NCBI GenBank assembly: GCA_007695055.1
Contig: REEM01000222.1
Location: 1 to 61,055 of the forward strand
From: Spirochaetaceae bacterium
GTDB taxonomy: Bacteria > Spirochaetota > Spirochaetia > DSM-27196 > SLAA01
Direction of reading: 5' to 3'
DNA length: 61,055 bases
Program-made: the position numbers and the translations under genes
Part shown: positions 9,163-17,913 of the stretch, one piece after another
Position numbering within the stretch: position 1 is the first letter of the stretch
How the letters are laid out: every line of letters starts with the position of its first letter
Notes under the pieces: model-generated
The model's input: only the letters and a program-made list of their open reading frames with translations
Told to the model about the DNA's origin: nothing
The model's database searches: none

Positions 9163-11217
9163 CTAATCACCATCATTGCTGCTCACCACGAACCCGGTCG
9201 TTCCTATAAGGGACGCGGCTTCAACCCAGCCCTCAACGCGGTCTCCGGTCCTTATCAGCACGAAATCACCGTGTCGCACCGAGGCGTCAACCGCTGCCCC
9301 TGCGCGAAGTTGCAACCACGCACTGGCTTCACGATCCGGAATGCGCCTCATACTTACACCTTCGCTTCCGACAACGGTAACCGGATGTTCAAGAACTCGG
9401 GCCGAGTACACCATAGCGCCAAGACTCAGGAATCCACCGAAACTCAGCATGACTATGGCAATTATGGCGCCGCCGCGTAGCCTCGACAGACCACCAAGCA
9501 CCGCAGCAGCACTCAATCCCACAATCATCAGCAGGAAAAACAGGTCTGGATGATACACAAAGGGAAGTTCTAACTGCCTATTAAGCTCAAGCTCCGCCTC
9601 CACCGAGTTGAGCTCGCTCCGCAGAGCTGGAAGACCCGGATCAAGCATTACCGAACGCCTCAGCGAATACACCGCCTGGGCACTTCTTCCAGCACCCAAA
9701 TAGGCAAGTCCTGCGTTATACCACAGCCCAGGACTCTCATGCCATTCAGGCATAAGTTCACCATAAAGGTCCAGTGCCTCAAGGTAGTGACCTTGGGTAT
9801 GAGTCTCTACCGCTTGGACAACTCGGTTATCGGGAGTTAATGGTGGTGAAGACGCTCCAAGAAGACTGGCCAAGAAAAAGATGCCTACCAACAGCGCGGT
9901 TGAGCTGGCAGCGGCACGCCGCCTACGAACGACAACCCCGAGCACCAGTACAACAATGCCCGGAATAAGCGAGAGGTATGAACTAGGTTGCCTATACCAG
10001 TTCGCCGGTTGCATTCGCTCAATCTCCTCAACACTCAGCGGTCTGCGTTCGGCTGCCTGTTCATGACCACGGGTACTTTCACTACGAGCCTCAACCTCCA
10101 ACCGGATAGGTGCTGGTGCCGTGCGCGCCACCCGTTGCTCCTCCGCATCAAACCAAACAAACGGAGGCACACGTAGTTCAATGCTCCCGGCCCTTCGTGG
10201 GGTAATTCGGTAGCGGGCCTCAATGCTGCCTTGGTATCCACCTGCCGAGGGTTCAATACGTCTCCGCACTCCTTCACGAGCGACAATGAACTCGTGCGAC
10301 TCAAAGGAGGGCAGCTGCAGCTGATCAAAATTCCCCTCTCCATGGAGGCGAACAAAAAGGGTAGCAGAACTGCCTTCTACAAGTGCTGGCGGATCAAGTT
10401 CAAAGCTATAATCAAAGCGCCCGTATGCCCCGGTACCACGCACCTCCTCGGGGAGTTCCTGTACGCTGAAACTGCGTGGTGCCGCAGTTCGAGTCATTCC
10501 GCCCGCACGTAGTTGAGCCTGAGGTAGCATGAGCTCACCCGGGGCAGTAGGTGTTAAAAGATACGCTGCAGCCGGGATAGTGAGCAAGGTCACTTCACCG
10601 ACACTCTTCCTTTGTATTCCACCAAGGCCGGGTACCGATACAAACTCCGCGTTGTTTGGTTCATCCACCTGGAGGTCGTCCGGGAAGACCGCCGTGCGAA
10701 GATTTCGCATTTCAAGCGAGACAGGGACTGTCTGTCCCACATACAGTGACTCAAGCTCTACATGCCATACGAGGTCGAAGGGTATATCCCCACCACCTCT
10801 TGGGCGTACCTCAATCAGCACAGGCTGTGTCCGCACGACATCCCCGCCAAAATCAAGACTGAACTCTTCAATGATTGCACGCCCGGCAGCAGCTGCACGC
10901 AAGGGCACTCTCACCCTTACTATCCGACCATCGCCAAATGCACCCGACAGACGAGAGGAGACTTCTATTGTCGGCTCGGCCGCGCCTGTTACCTGCGGTG
11001 GGTACTGGGGTGTCGACAGCTCAGGCTGTTCATTTCCGCCCGGATAGGCAAACTCCAACTCCAGCAGAAAGTCGTCCCCCACCGATACCGGGTCTATTGG
11101 AACTATAGGTTGAACGCGTTCTTCGCCGACCGCTCGAAACGAGATCACAAGCAGCAGCCAACATACTACCAGTAGCGTTCGACGTCTCGAGGTTCCTGCG
11201 TATCGGTTGCCCGCCAC
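9163..11217 (-). CDS. batD: BatD-family protein fused to a C-terminal TPR + SH3b (BatE-like) region
   Basis: Signal peptide; repeated Ig-like BatD modules (LYVGQTVPV, GAYGRFDY, LHGEGNF, YRITPRRAG); TM segments; TPR (PGLWYNAGLAY...G..AQAVYSLRRS); SH3-like end (DFVLIRTGDRVEGWV); sits in the Bat operon. Confidence 0.7.
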   Translation of the reverse strand: MAGNRYAGTSRRRTLLVVCWLLLVISFRAVGEERVQPIVPIDPVSVGDDFLLELEFAYPGGNEQPELSTPQYPPQVTGAAEPTIEVSSRLSGAFGDGRIVRVRVPLRAAAAGRAIIEEFSLDFGGDVVRTQPVLIEVRPRGGGDIPFDLVWHVELESLYVGQTVPVSLEMRNLRTAVFPDDLQVDEPNNAEFVSVPGLGGIQRKSVGEVTLLTIPAAAYLLTPTAPGELMLPQAQLRAGGMTRTAAPRSFSVQELPEEVRGTGAYGRFDYSFELDPPALVEGSSATLFVRLHGEGNFDQLQLPSFESHEFIVAREGVRRRIEPSAGGYQGSIEARYRITPRRAGSIELRVPPFVWFDAEEQRVARTAPAPIRLEVEARSESTRGHEQAAERRPLSVEEIERMQPANWYRQPSSYLSLIPGIVVLVLGVVVRRRRAAASSTALLVGIFFLASLLGASSPPLTPDNRVVQAVETHTQGHYLEALDLYGELMPEWHESPGLWYNAGLAYLGAGRSAQAVYSLRRSVMLDPGLPALRSELNSVEAELELNRQLELPFVYHPDLFFLLMIVGLSAAAVLGGLSRLRGGAIIAIVMLSFGGFLSLGAMVYSARVLEHPVTVVGSEGVSMRRIPDREASAWLQLRAGAAVDASVRHGDFVLIRTGDRVEGWVEAASLIGTTGFVVSSNDGD

Positions 11218-11771
11218 TGTCCTGTCTCCTTTCGGCGCATGTATTCCAACACACGCCGTGCTTCATCAGAAACCGCACCGTTGGTGCCCGCGCCCCCACT
11301 ACGGGTTGTTGGAGCAGACTCCGCCGCCTGTACGCGTTGCAGCGCAAGCTCCAGATTAATCTTAGACCCCATGGAGGAGGGATTGAGCATAAGCGCTCGC
11401 CGAAACTGCTCGTAGGCCTCGGCGTAGCGACCTTGCCGATAGTAGAGGTTGCCTCTGTTGTGATGCAAAGCAAAGAGCACATCTGGTGGTGCGTGCGCGG
11501 CGGCAAGATCCCATGCCTCAACGGCAGCCTCATTCTCAGCTACTGCATGATATACGGTTCCCAAGTTATAAAATACATGACTCTCAAACTCTCGATCCGC
11601 TTCCAGCGCGTCTAAATACCGAACGATTGAGTCCTGAAACTCACCGCGCTCAAAGCTTAGATTGCCTCGCAATACGGTAAGATACGGATCTCCAAATCCA
11701 CATCCGCTCAGCGCCACCAGTAGCAGCAATAGAAAAGGTGCTCCATAGAGCTTCAAAACCACCTCCTCCAT
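11166..11771 (-). CDS. batC: TPR protein, BatC-like, probable lipoprotein
   Basis: Lipobox LVALSGC; TPRs (VFYNLGTVYH, LHHNRGNLYYRQGRYAEAYEQFRRALMLNP, KINLELAL). Start uncertain (ATG 11771 or TTG 11756). Confidence 0.7.
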   Translation of the reverse strand: MEEVVLKLYGAPFLLLLLVALSGCGFGDPYLTVLRGNLSFERGEFQDSIVRYLDALEADREFESHVFYNLGTVYHAVAENEAAVEAWDLAAAHAPPDVLFALHHNRGNLYYRQGRYAEAYEQFRRALMLNPSSMGSKINLELALQRVQAAESAPTTRSGGAGTNGAVSDEARRVLEYMRRKETGQWRATDTQEPRDVERYW

Positions 11772-12742
11772 CTCAGAGATCGTATGAGTACGTGGACAGC
11801 CAACATGACGAGCGCCCACCCCAAAAAAAACCGGTAACGTTCAACCGGAACCGTACGAAATCCCTCGCTGTCACGTCTACCCTCGAACTCAGACAAAGCA
11901 TCGGGAAGGCGTGAAAATACACCGGCCTCGGATGCATCCAGATGAACTCCCCCGGCTATTTCGGCGATCCGCCGCATCCTGGCTGGTTCTGCTCGGCTAT
12001 GTACCAGGTTCCCGTCTCTATCAAGAGCTCGGCTACCGTCCAGCAGCGGAACAGGGCCGCCCTCCGGACTCCCTACCGTTACCGTAAAGACCCCAATTCC
12101 GCGCTCAGCCGCTTCACGAGCTGGCCCAGATTCATCACCACTATGGGCCTCTCCATCTGAGAACACCACCACTGCACGGTGGCGGTCGGAGTCGGCTGGA
12201 AAGGATGCAAGCGCCGTAGTGAGCGCGCGTTCAAGATCTGTACCGGGAGTGCTGAGCAACTCCGGGCCAATCACGTTCAAGGTGGACTCAATTGCAGCAT
12301 TGTCTTCAGTAAGTGGCAGTAAGCGGGTTGCGCTGCCGGTAAAAGCCACCACGCCAAAACGTGCTCCGTCCAGATCCTGCACCACCGCGCGCATGAGGTC
12401 GCCGCTACGAGCTAGCCGTGACGGCTGTGCATCTTCCACCAGCATTGAAAGCGATACATCAACCGCAAAGACGACATCGAGCCCACTCCTGTCCTCCCTT
12501 ACGGTTGTCAGACCCCAGCTGAACCCAGCCAGCGCGGCAAGCAGCAGCACATAGAATGCGACAAAGCTGAGGCCGCCAAAGAAACTCTTTATTAAAAAGA
12601 GGTTCCGCACGGTGTTCTCATGCAGACTCCCTATGAGGCGGGTGGTTTCCTTGCAACCGGCACGGTAGTTCAGGACCAACACCAGGATAATGAGCGGAAG
12701 AAACGCCAAAAGCCGGAAAACTTCGGGGTAGGTCACGGTCAT
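11753..12742 (-). CDS. batB: VWA domain membrane protein, BatB-like
   Basis: MIDAS DVSLS, SRLARS, FGVVAFTGSA, PLTED, PGTDL, VFSDGE; N- and C-terminal TM segments. Confidence 0.8.
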   Translation of the reverse strand: MTVTYPEVFRLLAFLPLIILVLVLNYRAGCKETTRLIGSLHENTVRNLFLIKSFFGGLSFVAFYVLLLAALAGFSWGLTTVREDRSGLDVVFAVDVSLSMLVEDAQPSRLARSGDLMRAVVQDLDGARFGVVAFTGSATRLLPLTEDNAAIESTLNVIGPELLSTPGTDLERALTTALASFPADSDRHRAVVVFSDGEAHSGDESGPAREAAERGIGVFTVTVGSPEGGPVPLLDGSRALDRDGNLVHSRAEPARMRRIAEIAGGVHLDASEAGVFSRLPDALSEFEGRRDSEGFRTVPVERYRFFLGWALVMLAVHVLIRSLRWRRWF

Positions 12743-13740
12743 AGACGCTCCCTCAACACGCCGCGCCGCACCACGAAATCAAACATAATGAGGATCATCC
12801 CAAAGAGGATAAAGTGTCTAGACAGACTTTCCGTACGCACCTCCACCCGTGCTCGCCGTTCAACCGTCTCTACCGTATCAAGGGTCTGAAAGATGGCTTC
12901 AAGCGAACCAAGACTTGCTGCCTCAAAAAAGCTCCCGCCGGTGATATCCGCCAGATCCCGCAGAGCTTCGGCCTCATATGCGTCGGTCACGGTTCCCCTG
13001 TAGCTCCGACCGGTATGCGGATCGGTAAACTCAATAGGGATTTCTCCCGGCGAGCCAATCCCCACGGTATGAATGCGCACCCCGAGGTCACGGGCTACAC
13101 CAGCCGCAACACCTGGAAGAATTTCAGCAACATTATTCTTTCCGTCGGTCAAGAGAATAAGAACTCGTTGCTCGGCGGTACTCGACTGTAGATGCAAAGC
13201 TCCCAAGGCAATTCCTAATCCAATAGCGGTTCCGTCACCAAGTTCCATAATTGATAGCTGATCTAGTTCGTCGAGGAGGTGTCGATGATCGACGGTTGGC
13301 GGAACACGTAAAGCTGCATCACGAGCAAAGCTCACTAACCCAATGGCATCATTCTCACGGCTGCGCACAAAACGCCGAATAATCCGTTTTGCAGCCTCGA
13401 ACCGATTGTAAGGCGCAAAGTCCATGGCGGCCATTGTTGGAGACTCATCAAGCACAAACACAATATCCATGCCACGGGTAAGGTTAATTCGCTCGCGGTA
13501 CACCCGCGCAGGCGAAGACAAGGCAACAATACATATCACTACACCTAACCAGAACGCCAGTATGGAAAGCCCATACAGAAATACCACACTCCAGATGCGT
13601 GGAACGAAGTGTTTACCTCGCCATACCGATATAGGGAACCGCAGCCGGCCTCCCCGGTTCGGCGCTCCATGCCGCAAGTACATCACAAGGGGCACAAATG
13701 CCAGCAGCAGCAGCGCAATCGGTTGTTCAAGCACCCACAC
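12739..13740 (-). CDS. batA: VWA domain membrane protein, BatA-like
   Basis: Start re-called at GTG 13740 after GAGGAGG. DIVFVLDESPTM, NRFEAAK, DAIGLVSF, DGTAIGLG, ILLTDGKNN, RIHTVGIG. Confidence 0.82.
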   Translation of the reverse strand: MWVLEQPIALLLLAFVPLVMYLRHGAPNRGGRLRFPISVWRGKHFVPRIWSVVFLYGLSILAFWLGVVICIVALSSPARVYRERINLTRGMDIVFVLDESPTMAAMDFAPYNRFEAAKRIIRRFVRSRENDAIGLVSFARDAALRVPPTVDHRHLLDELDQLSIMELGDGTAIGLGIALGALHLQSSTAEQRVLILLTDGKNNVAEILPGVAAGVARDLGVRIHTVGIGSPGEIPIEFTDPHTGRSYRGTVTDAYEAEALRDLADITGGSFFEAASLGSLEAIFQTLDTVETVERRARVEVRTESLSRHFILFGMILIMFDFVVRRGVLRERL

Positions 13741-14692
13741 GTTGTGATCCTCCTCGCGCACCTCTTCGTCCGCCTGTTCCTCGCCCCCGTTGTCCACGGG
13801 CAACACCACGGCCTATCGGAGCGGATTCTAACTCGGCAATAACCTGCGACACACCTCCCAGGTGCTTGCCACGTTGTTCAGGCGTAGAGGGGCGGCCAGC
13901 AAACTTCACCAGATCACCTGTTCGGAACACCTCCGCAATCAGATCTGATCCGCGTGCATCAATACCCGAGATATAGTGAATGATCTCTACACTCGTAGCC
14001 GACATAAGATCACGGCCTAATCGTTGCGTGAAGTAGCGCCTGACATCTTCCAACAGAACGATGTAGAAACTCCGAGCATCAAGCTCCTCCAAATTTGACT
14101 CCAGCCGTTTCAGCGACTTCCGCAAACGCCGGTATGGTTGTGCCCGCCTATAGCGTGCAACTAAGGTTGAAACCTGACCCCGCCCAAGGCGGAGCAGCAT
14201 CCAGAGAAGCAAGGGCCCCACAATGATCAAGGCCACAAAGGCAGCAAGTCGCAGTCGTGTAGTTGGCAGTATCATGGGCGGCTCGAGTGGAGCAGGGTCG
14301 GTACGGCCTTCTTCAAGAACAGAAGTCACATGAACGGTCAATCCACTCAAGCGAATACCACCTAGATCTACCGTGGGAAGAGTCTGGGTGCCTGGTCGAA
14401 AGGCAGTAAAGGAAATTCGGATCTCGGTTTGCTGGGCATCTATAGGAAAGAGCCGCATGTCATGAAAAGTCAACCAGGAGACCTCCGGCAGTGCTGCTGG
14501 CACAAGAAGCTCAACACTGCTTGCCGTGCGGATACGAACACGTAGCTCTGCTCGGTCACCCACGTGGTACTCCGTGGGCAGCACCACACTTTCGGTCACG
14601 GTGTAACTCTCGGTGAAACCAAGGACACCCGGCCCGATTAGCATGACGACCAGGAGAAGATAGATCATGCAACGCCTACATCCTCGGCTCAT
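13727..14692 (-). CDS. Bat-operon membrane-anchored hypothetical protein (N-terminal Ig-like domain, TM, C-terminal helical domain)
   Basis: Signal-like N-terminus, central TM, C-terminal FAGRPSTPEQ after DLVKF. Occupies the usual position between DUF58 and BatA, with an ATGA overlap with DUF58. Confidence 0.65.
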   Translation of the reverse strand: MSRGCRRCMIYLLLVVMLIGPGVLGFTESYTVTESVVLPTEYHVGDRAELRVRIRTASSVELLVPAALPEVSWLTFHDMRLFPIDAQQTEIRISFTAFRPGTQTLPTVDLGGIRLSGLTVHVTSVLEEGRTDPAPLEPPMILPTTRLRLAAFVALIIVGPLLLWMLLRLGRGQVSTLVARYRRAQPYRRLRKSLKRLESNLEELDARSFYIVLLEDVRRYFTQRLGRDLMSATSVEIIHYISGIDARGSDLIAEVFRTGDLVKFAGRPSTPEQRGKHLGGVSQVIAELESAPIGRGVARGQRGRGTGGRRGARGGSQRVGA

Positions 14693-15585
14693 TTCTTTCT
14701 CCTGCGTCGAAAGAAACGCACCAGTTCCACTCCCGGATCCTCGTCAACGCCAATCTCCAGTACTGCAACGCCAAGCCGACCACATTCGCGAGCCCACGCC
14801 CTGCGGTCCACCTCCCAGAAATCCTTAAACTGACGCCGGAAAGCTCGGCTGCGCCCATGTGCCAGGATAGTTTTCCCGGTTTCCGGGTCTTCAAGCTGTA
14901 TAAGGCCTACGGGAGGGAAGCTGTCTTCCACCGGGTCGTTTACACGAATCGCAATGACATCGTGCCGGCGAGCGAGAAGCGCCAACTCACGATAAAACCC
15001 AGCGGTTTTGAAGTCAGAAAGAATGACACAGATACCACGGCGCGGTAGCCCCTCGTTTGCACTACGCAAGGCCTGTTCAAGGTTTGATCCGGTACCGACC
15101 GGCCTGAAGCTCAAGAGATCTTGAATGAGACGCAGCGCATGCCGTCGGCCCTTACGCGGCGGTACCCAGGCCTCCACCTGGTCAGAAAAGAACAGTCCGC
15201 CTATGCGGTCGTTGTTTCGCACTCCGGCAAAGGTAAGAATGGAGAACACCAAACTCTGGATCTCACGCCGTGCGCTGTCGAGTGTAAGGTCGTACACCGA
15301 GGGGCTTACATCAACAATCATGAACAAGGTGAGTTCCCGTTCCTCACGAAAGGTCTTGGTGAATACGCCATCAAGACGCGAGCTGACGTTCCAGTCAATA
15401 AGGCGTACATCGTCACCCTCGACATACTCACGTGTCTCATCAAACTCAATACCGGGGCCCTTGAATACCGAACGATAGTTTCCCGCAAGCAGGCTTTCAA
15501 CAACCTTGTTTGAGATGAGTTCGAGTCGCCGTACCTTCTTGAAAAGGAGCGCGGCATCTCCGTCGGAATGAGAGGGATTCTTCAT
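14689..15585 (-). CDS. DUF58 family protein (MoxR partner)
   Basis: Start re-called at ATG 15585. GNYRSVFKGPGIEFDETREYVEGDDVRLIDWNVSSR, KTFREERE, DVSPS, ILSDF. Confidence 0.9.
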   Translation of the reverse strand: MKNPSHSDGDAALLFKKVRRLELISNKVVESLLAGNYRSVFKGPGIEFDETREYVEGDDVRLIDWNVSSRLDGVFTKTFREERELTLFMIVDVSPSVYDLTLDSARREIQSLVFSILTFAGVRNNDRIGGLFFSDQVEAWVPPRKGRRHALRLIQDLLSFRPVGTGSNLEQALRSANEGLPRRGICVILSDFKTAGFYRELALLARRHDVIAIRVNDPVEDSFPPVGLIQLEDPETGKTILAHGRSRAFRRQFKDFWEVDRRAWARECGRLGVAVLEIGVDEDPGVELVRFFRRRRKK

Positions 15586-15592
15586 GAAAAAC

Positions 15593-16591
15593 CTACGGCA
15601 CTGGTACCGACTGCAACAACCCGGTAATGAGGTCATCCGACGAGAGTTCCTCGGACTCGGCCTCATACGATAGAATGATCCGGTGTCGCAGCACCCCTGC
15701 CGCCACCGCCTTAACGTCCTCGGGAATTACGAAGCTTCGCCCCTCAAAGAGCGCATTAATCTTGGCACAGCGATACAGATAGATCGTCGCCCGGGGAGAG
15801 GCTCCAAACTCAATGTAACGTGCAAAGGAGTTTACAGCCCGTTCCTGCCTCCGTGAGCCGGTTACTATTGCTACAATGTACTCCTCAATGCGTTCATCCA
15901 TAGTAATCTGGGCAGCAACTTCCTTGAGTCTACGAATATCAGCTTTGTAGAGAACGCGTTCTACCGGGATGTCGTGCGGAATGCCAACACGTCTGAGAAT
16001 AGCTAGTTCATCCTCAATGGAGGGGTAATTCACCGTTAGCTTCAAGATGAAGCGGTCGAGTTGTGCCTCCGGCAGCTGGTAGGTACCTTCCTGCTCAATA
16101 GGATTCTGGGTGGCCATGACGAAGAAGGGCTCCGGCAAGGGATAGGTGTTCTCGCCTATGGTAACCTGTCGTTCCTCCATCGCCTCCAGCATAGCGGACT
16201 GCACCTTTGCGGGTGCACGATTGATCTCGTCCGCCAGGACGATATTGGAAAAAATGGGGCCCTTTCTCGGCACAAACTCGCCGGTCTGTTGCCGGTACAC
16301 CATGGTGCCGATGAGGTCAGCTGGCAACAAGTCCGGTGTGAACTGTATGCGTCTGAAACCTGCATCTACCGCCTCCGAAAGGGTCTTAACCGCGAGTGTC
16401 TTGGCGAGACCAGGAACCCCTTCAAGCAGCACATGTCCACCGGCAAGGATGGCGGTCAGCATTCCGCGAATCATTTCACCTTGACCAACTACCCGCCTTC
16501 CAATCTCGGTACGTGTGCGGTCAAGTAGATCACCAGCGCGCTTAACCTGGTGCTCAAACTCGTTGGGTTCAATAGTATCAAAGTCGCTCAT
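15593..16591 (-). CDS. moxR: MoxR family AAA+ ATPase
   Basis: GHVLLEGVPGLAKT, RIQFTPDLLPADL, LADEINRAPAKVQSAMLEAM, ATQNPIEQEGTYQLPEAQLDRF, GASPRA. Confidence 0.95.
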   Translation of the reverse strand: MSDFDTIEPNEFEHQVKRAGDLLDRTRTEIGRRVVGQGEMIRGMLTAILAGGHVLLEGVPGLAKTLAVKTLSEAVDAGFRRIQFTPDLLPADLIGTMVYRQQTGEFVPRKGPIFSNIVLADEINRAPAKVQSAMLEAMEERQVTIGENTYPLPEPFFVMATQNPIEQEGTYQLPEAQLDRFILKLTVNYPSIEDELAILRRVGIPHDIPVERVLYKADIRRLKEVAAQITMDERIEEYIVAIVTGSRRQERAVNSFARYIEFGASPRATIYLYRCAKINALFEGRSFVIPEDVKAVAAGVLRHRIILSYEAESEELSSDDLITGLLQSVPVP

Positions 16592-16623
16592 TATCGATCC
16601 TTGCTGTTGATGTATTTTCGCGC

Positions 16624-17913
16624 TCAGGTCCGGTAGTCGGCGTTGATCCGTACGTACTCATCCGACAGATCGGAACCGTATACCGTGGCCGCGGCAGAAC
16701 CTAGTCCTAAGTCTATGACAACCTCTACACACATTTCATGCGGGGGATACTCCAACCCGGCGGTATTGTCCGGCAGGAGCTCGGTACTCTGCAGGTAATG
16801 CGAAAGCCGCAACTCCTTTGCCTTGTCCAGGTGGAAACTCCCGGCAAAGAACACAGATTCCTCACCTATAGAGAGCTTCACGTTGTGCGAGTCTATCGCA
16901 ATATCATGATTTCCACAGTAGTCCCCGACTGCGGCAATGATACGCCCGACGTTTGGGTCGTTTCCATACAGCGCAGTCTTGACCAAGGGTGAGTTGACCA
17001 CCGCCTTAGCCACCGCAACAGCCTGCAGCTCCGACTCGGCGCCCGAAACCGTCGTGCGCAACACATGACGCGTTCCTTCGCCGTTGCGCACCACGTCCTC
17101 GGCTAGCTGGCGACAGATCAGCCGCAGCGCTTCACCAAACTCGCGGGGATCCGGCCTCTGCCGACGACCGCTTGCAAGCGCTACCACCATGTCGCTCGTA
17201 CTCTGATCTCCGTCCACCGAGATCCTGTTAAAGCTGGCACTGACAGCCGCTGCAAGTTCCTCTCGGAGCACCTCACGGGGGACATCAAAATCTGTCAGGA
17301 TAAAGGCCAGCATGGTTGCCATATTCGGCTCAATCATCCCGGCGCCTTTTGCAACGCCAACGATACTGCCACCGCCGAGTTCTATTCGTCGCAGTTTAGG
17401 AAAGGAGTCGGTAGTCATGATGGACTCCGCGACCGCGAGCATTGAGTCGTGTCCTAACTGGGCCACCAGCCCTGGAAGAGCGGCCTTCATGGGCTCTACC
17501 GGTAGACGCCAGCCGATAATTCCGGTTGAGGATGACAGCAGTACCGAGGAGTCCAGTCCGAGCTCAGCGCCAAGGTGTGCAAGTATATCGCCTGCGTCCT
17601 CCACCCCGGTTTCGGTGCAAACATTTGCAACTCTATTATTGATAAGGATTCCTTGCAGGCTCTCAGCATTAAGCACGGCTCGTGCTCGCGTTATTGGGGC
17701 TCCGGGAATACGGTTTTTTGTGAGCGAGAGCCCAAAACTCGTGCACGGCTCATCTGCTAAAATGAGGCTCAAGTTCATAGTGAAGGGATTGGTACTTGGG
17801 CGCTCCTCAGGAACAAACTGAAGACTCGAAACTGCTATCTGGAAACCGTCCGGAAGGCGGCCACCTTCACGAAGCGTCTGTCGATGCTGCTGCCGACTGC
17901 TGTACTCCTGCAT
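16624..17913 (-). CDS. argJ: Glutamate N-acetyltransferase / ornithine acetyltransferase ArgJ
   Basis: SSTGIIG, IMTTD, AKGAGMIEPNMATMLAFILTD (autocleavage Thr), DGDQSTSD, DGEG-like NGEG, NSPLVKTALYGNDPNVGRI, SDLSDEYVRINADYRT. Start ATG 17913 or 17919. Confidence 0.93.
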   Translation of the reverse strand: MQEYSSRQQHRQTLREGGRLPDGFQIAVSSLQFVPEERPSTNPFTMNLSLILADEPCTSFGLSLTKNRIPGAPITRARAVLNAESLQGILINNRVANVCTETGVEDAGDILAHLGAELGLDSSVLLSSSTGIIGWRLPVEPMKAALPGLVAQLGHDSMLAVAESIMTTDSFPKLRRIELGGGSIVGVAKGAGMIEPNMATMLAFILTDFDVPREVLREELAAAVSASFNRISVDGDQSTSDMVVALASGRRQRPDPREFGEALRLICRQLAEDVVRNGEGTRHVLRTTVSGAESELQAVAVAKAVVNSPLVKTALYGNDPNVGRIIAAVGDYCGNHDIAIDSHNVKLSIGEESVFFAGSFHLDKAKELRLSHYLQSTELLPDNTAGLEYPPHEMCVEVVIDLGLGSAAATVYGSDLSDEYVRINADYRT

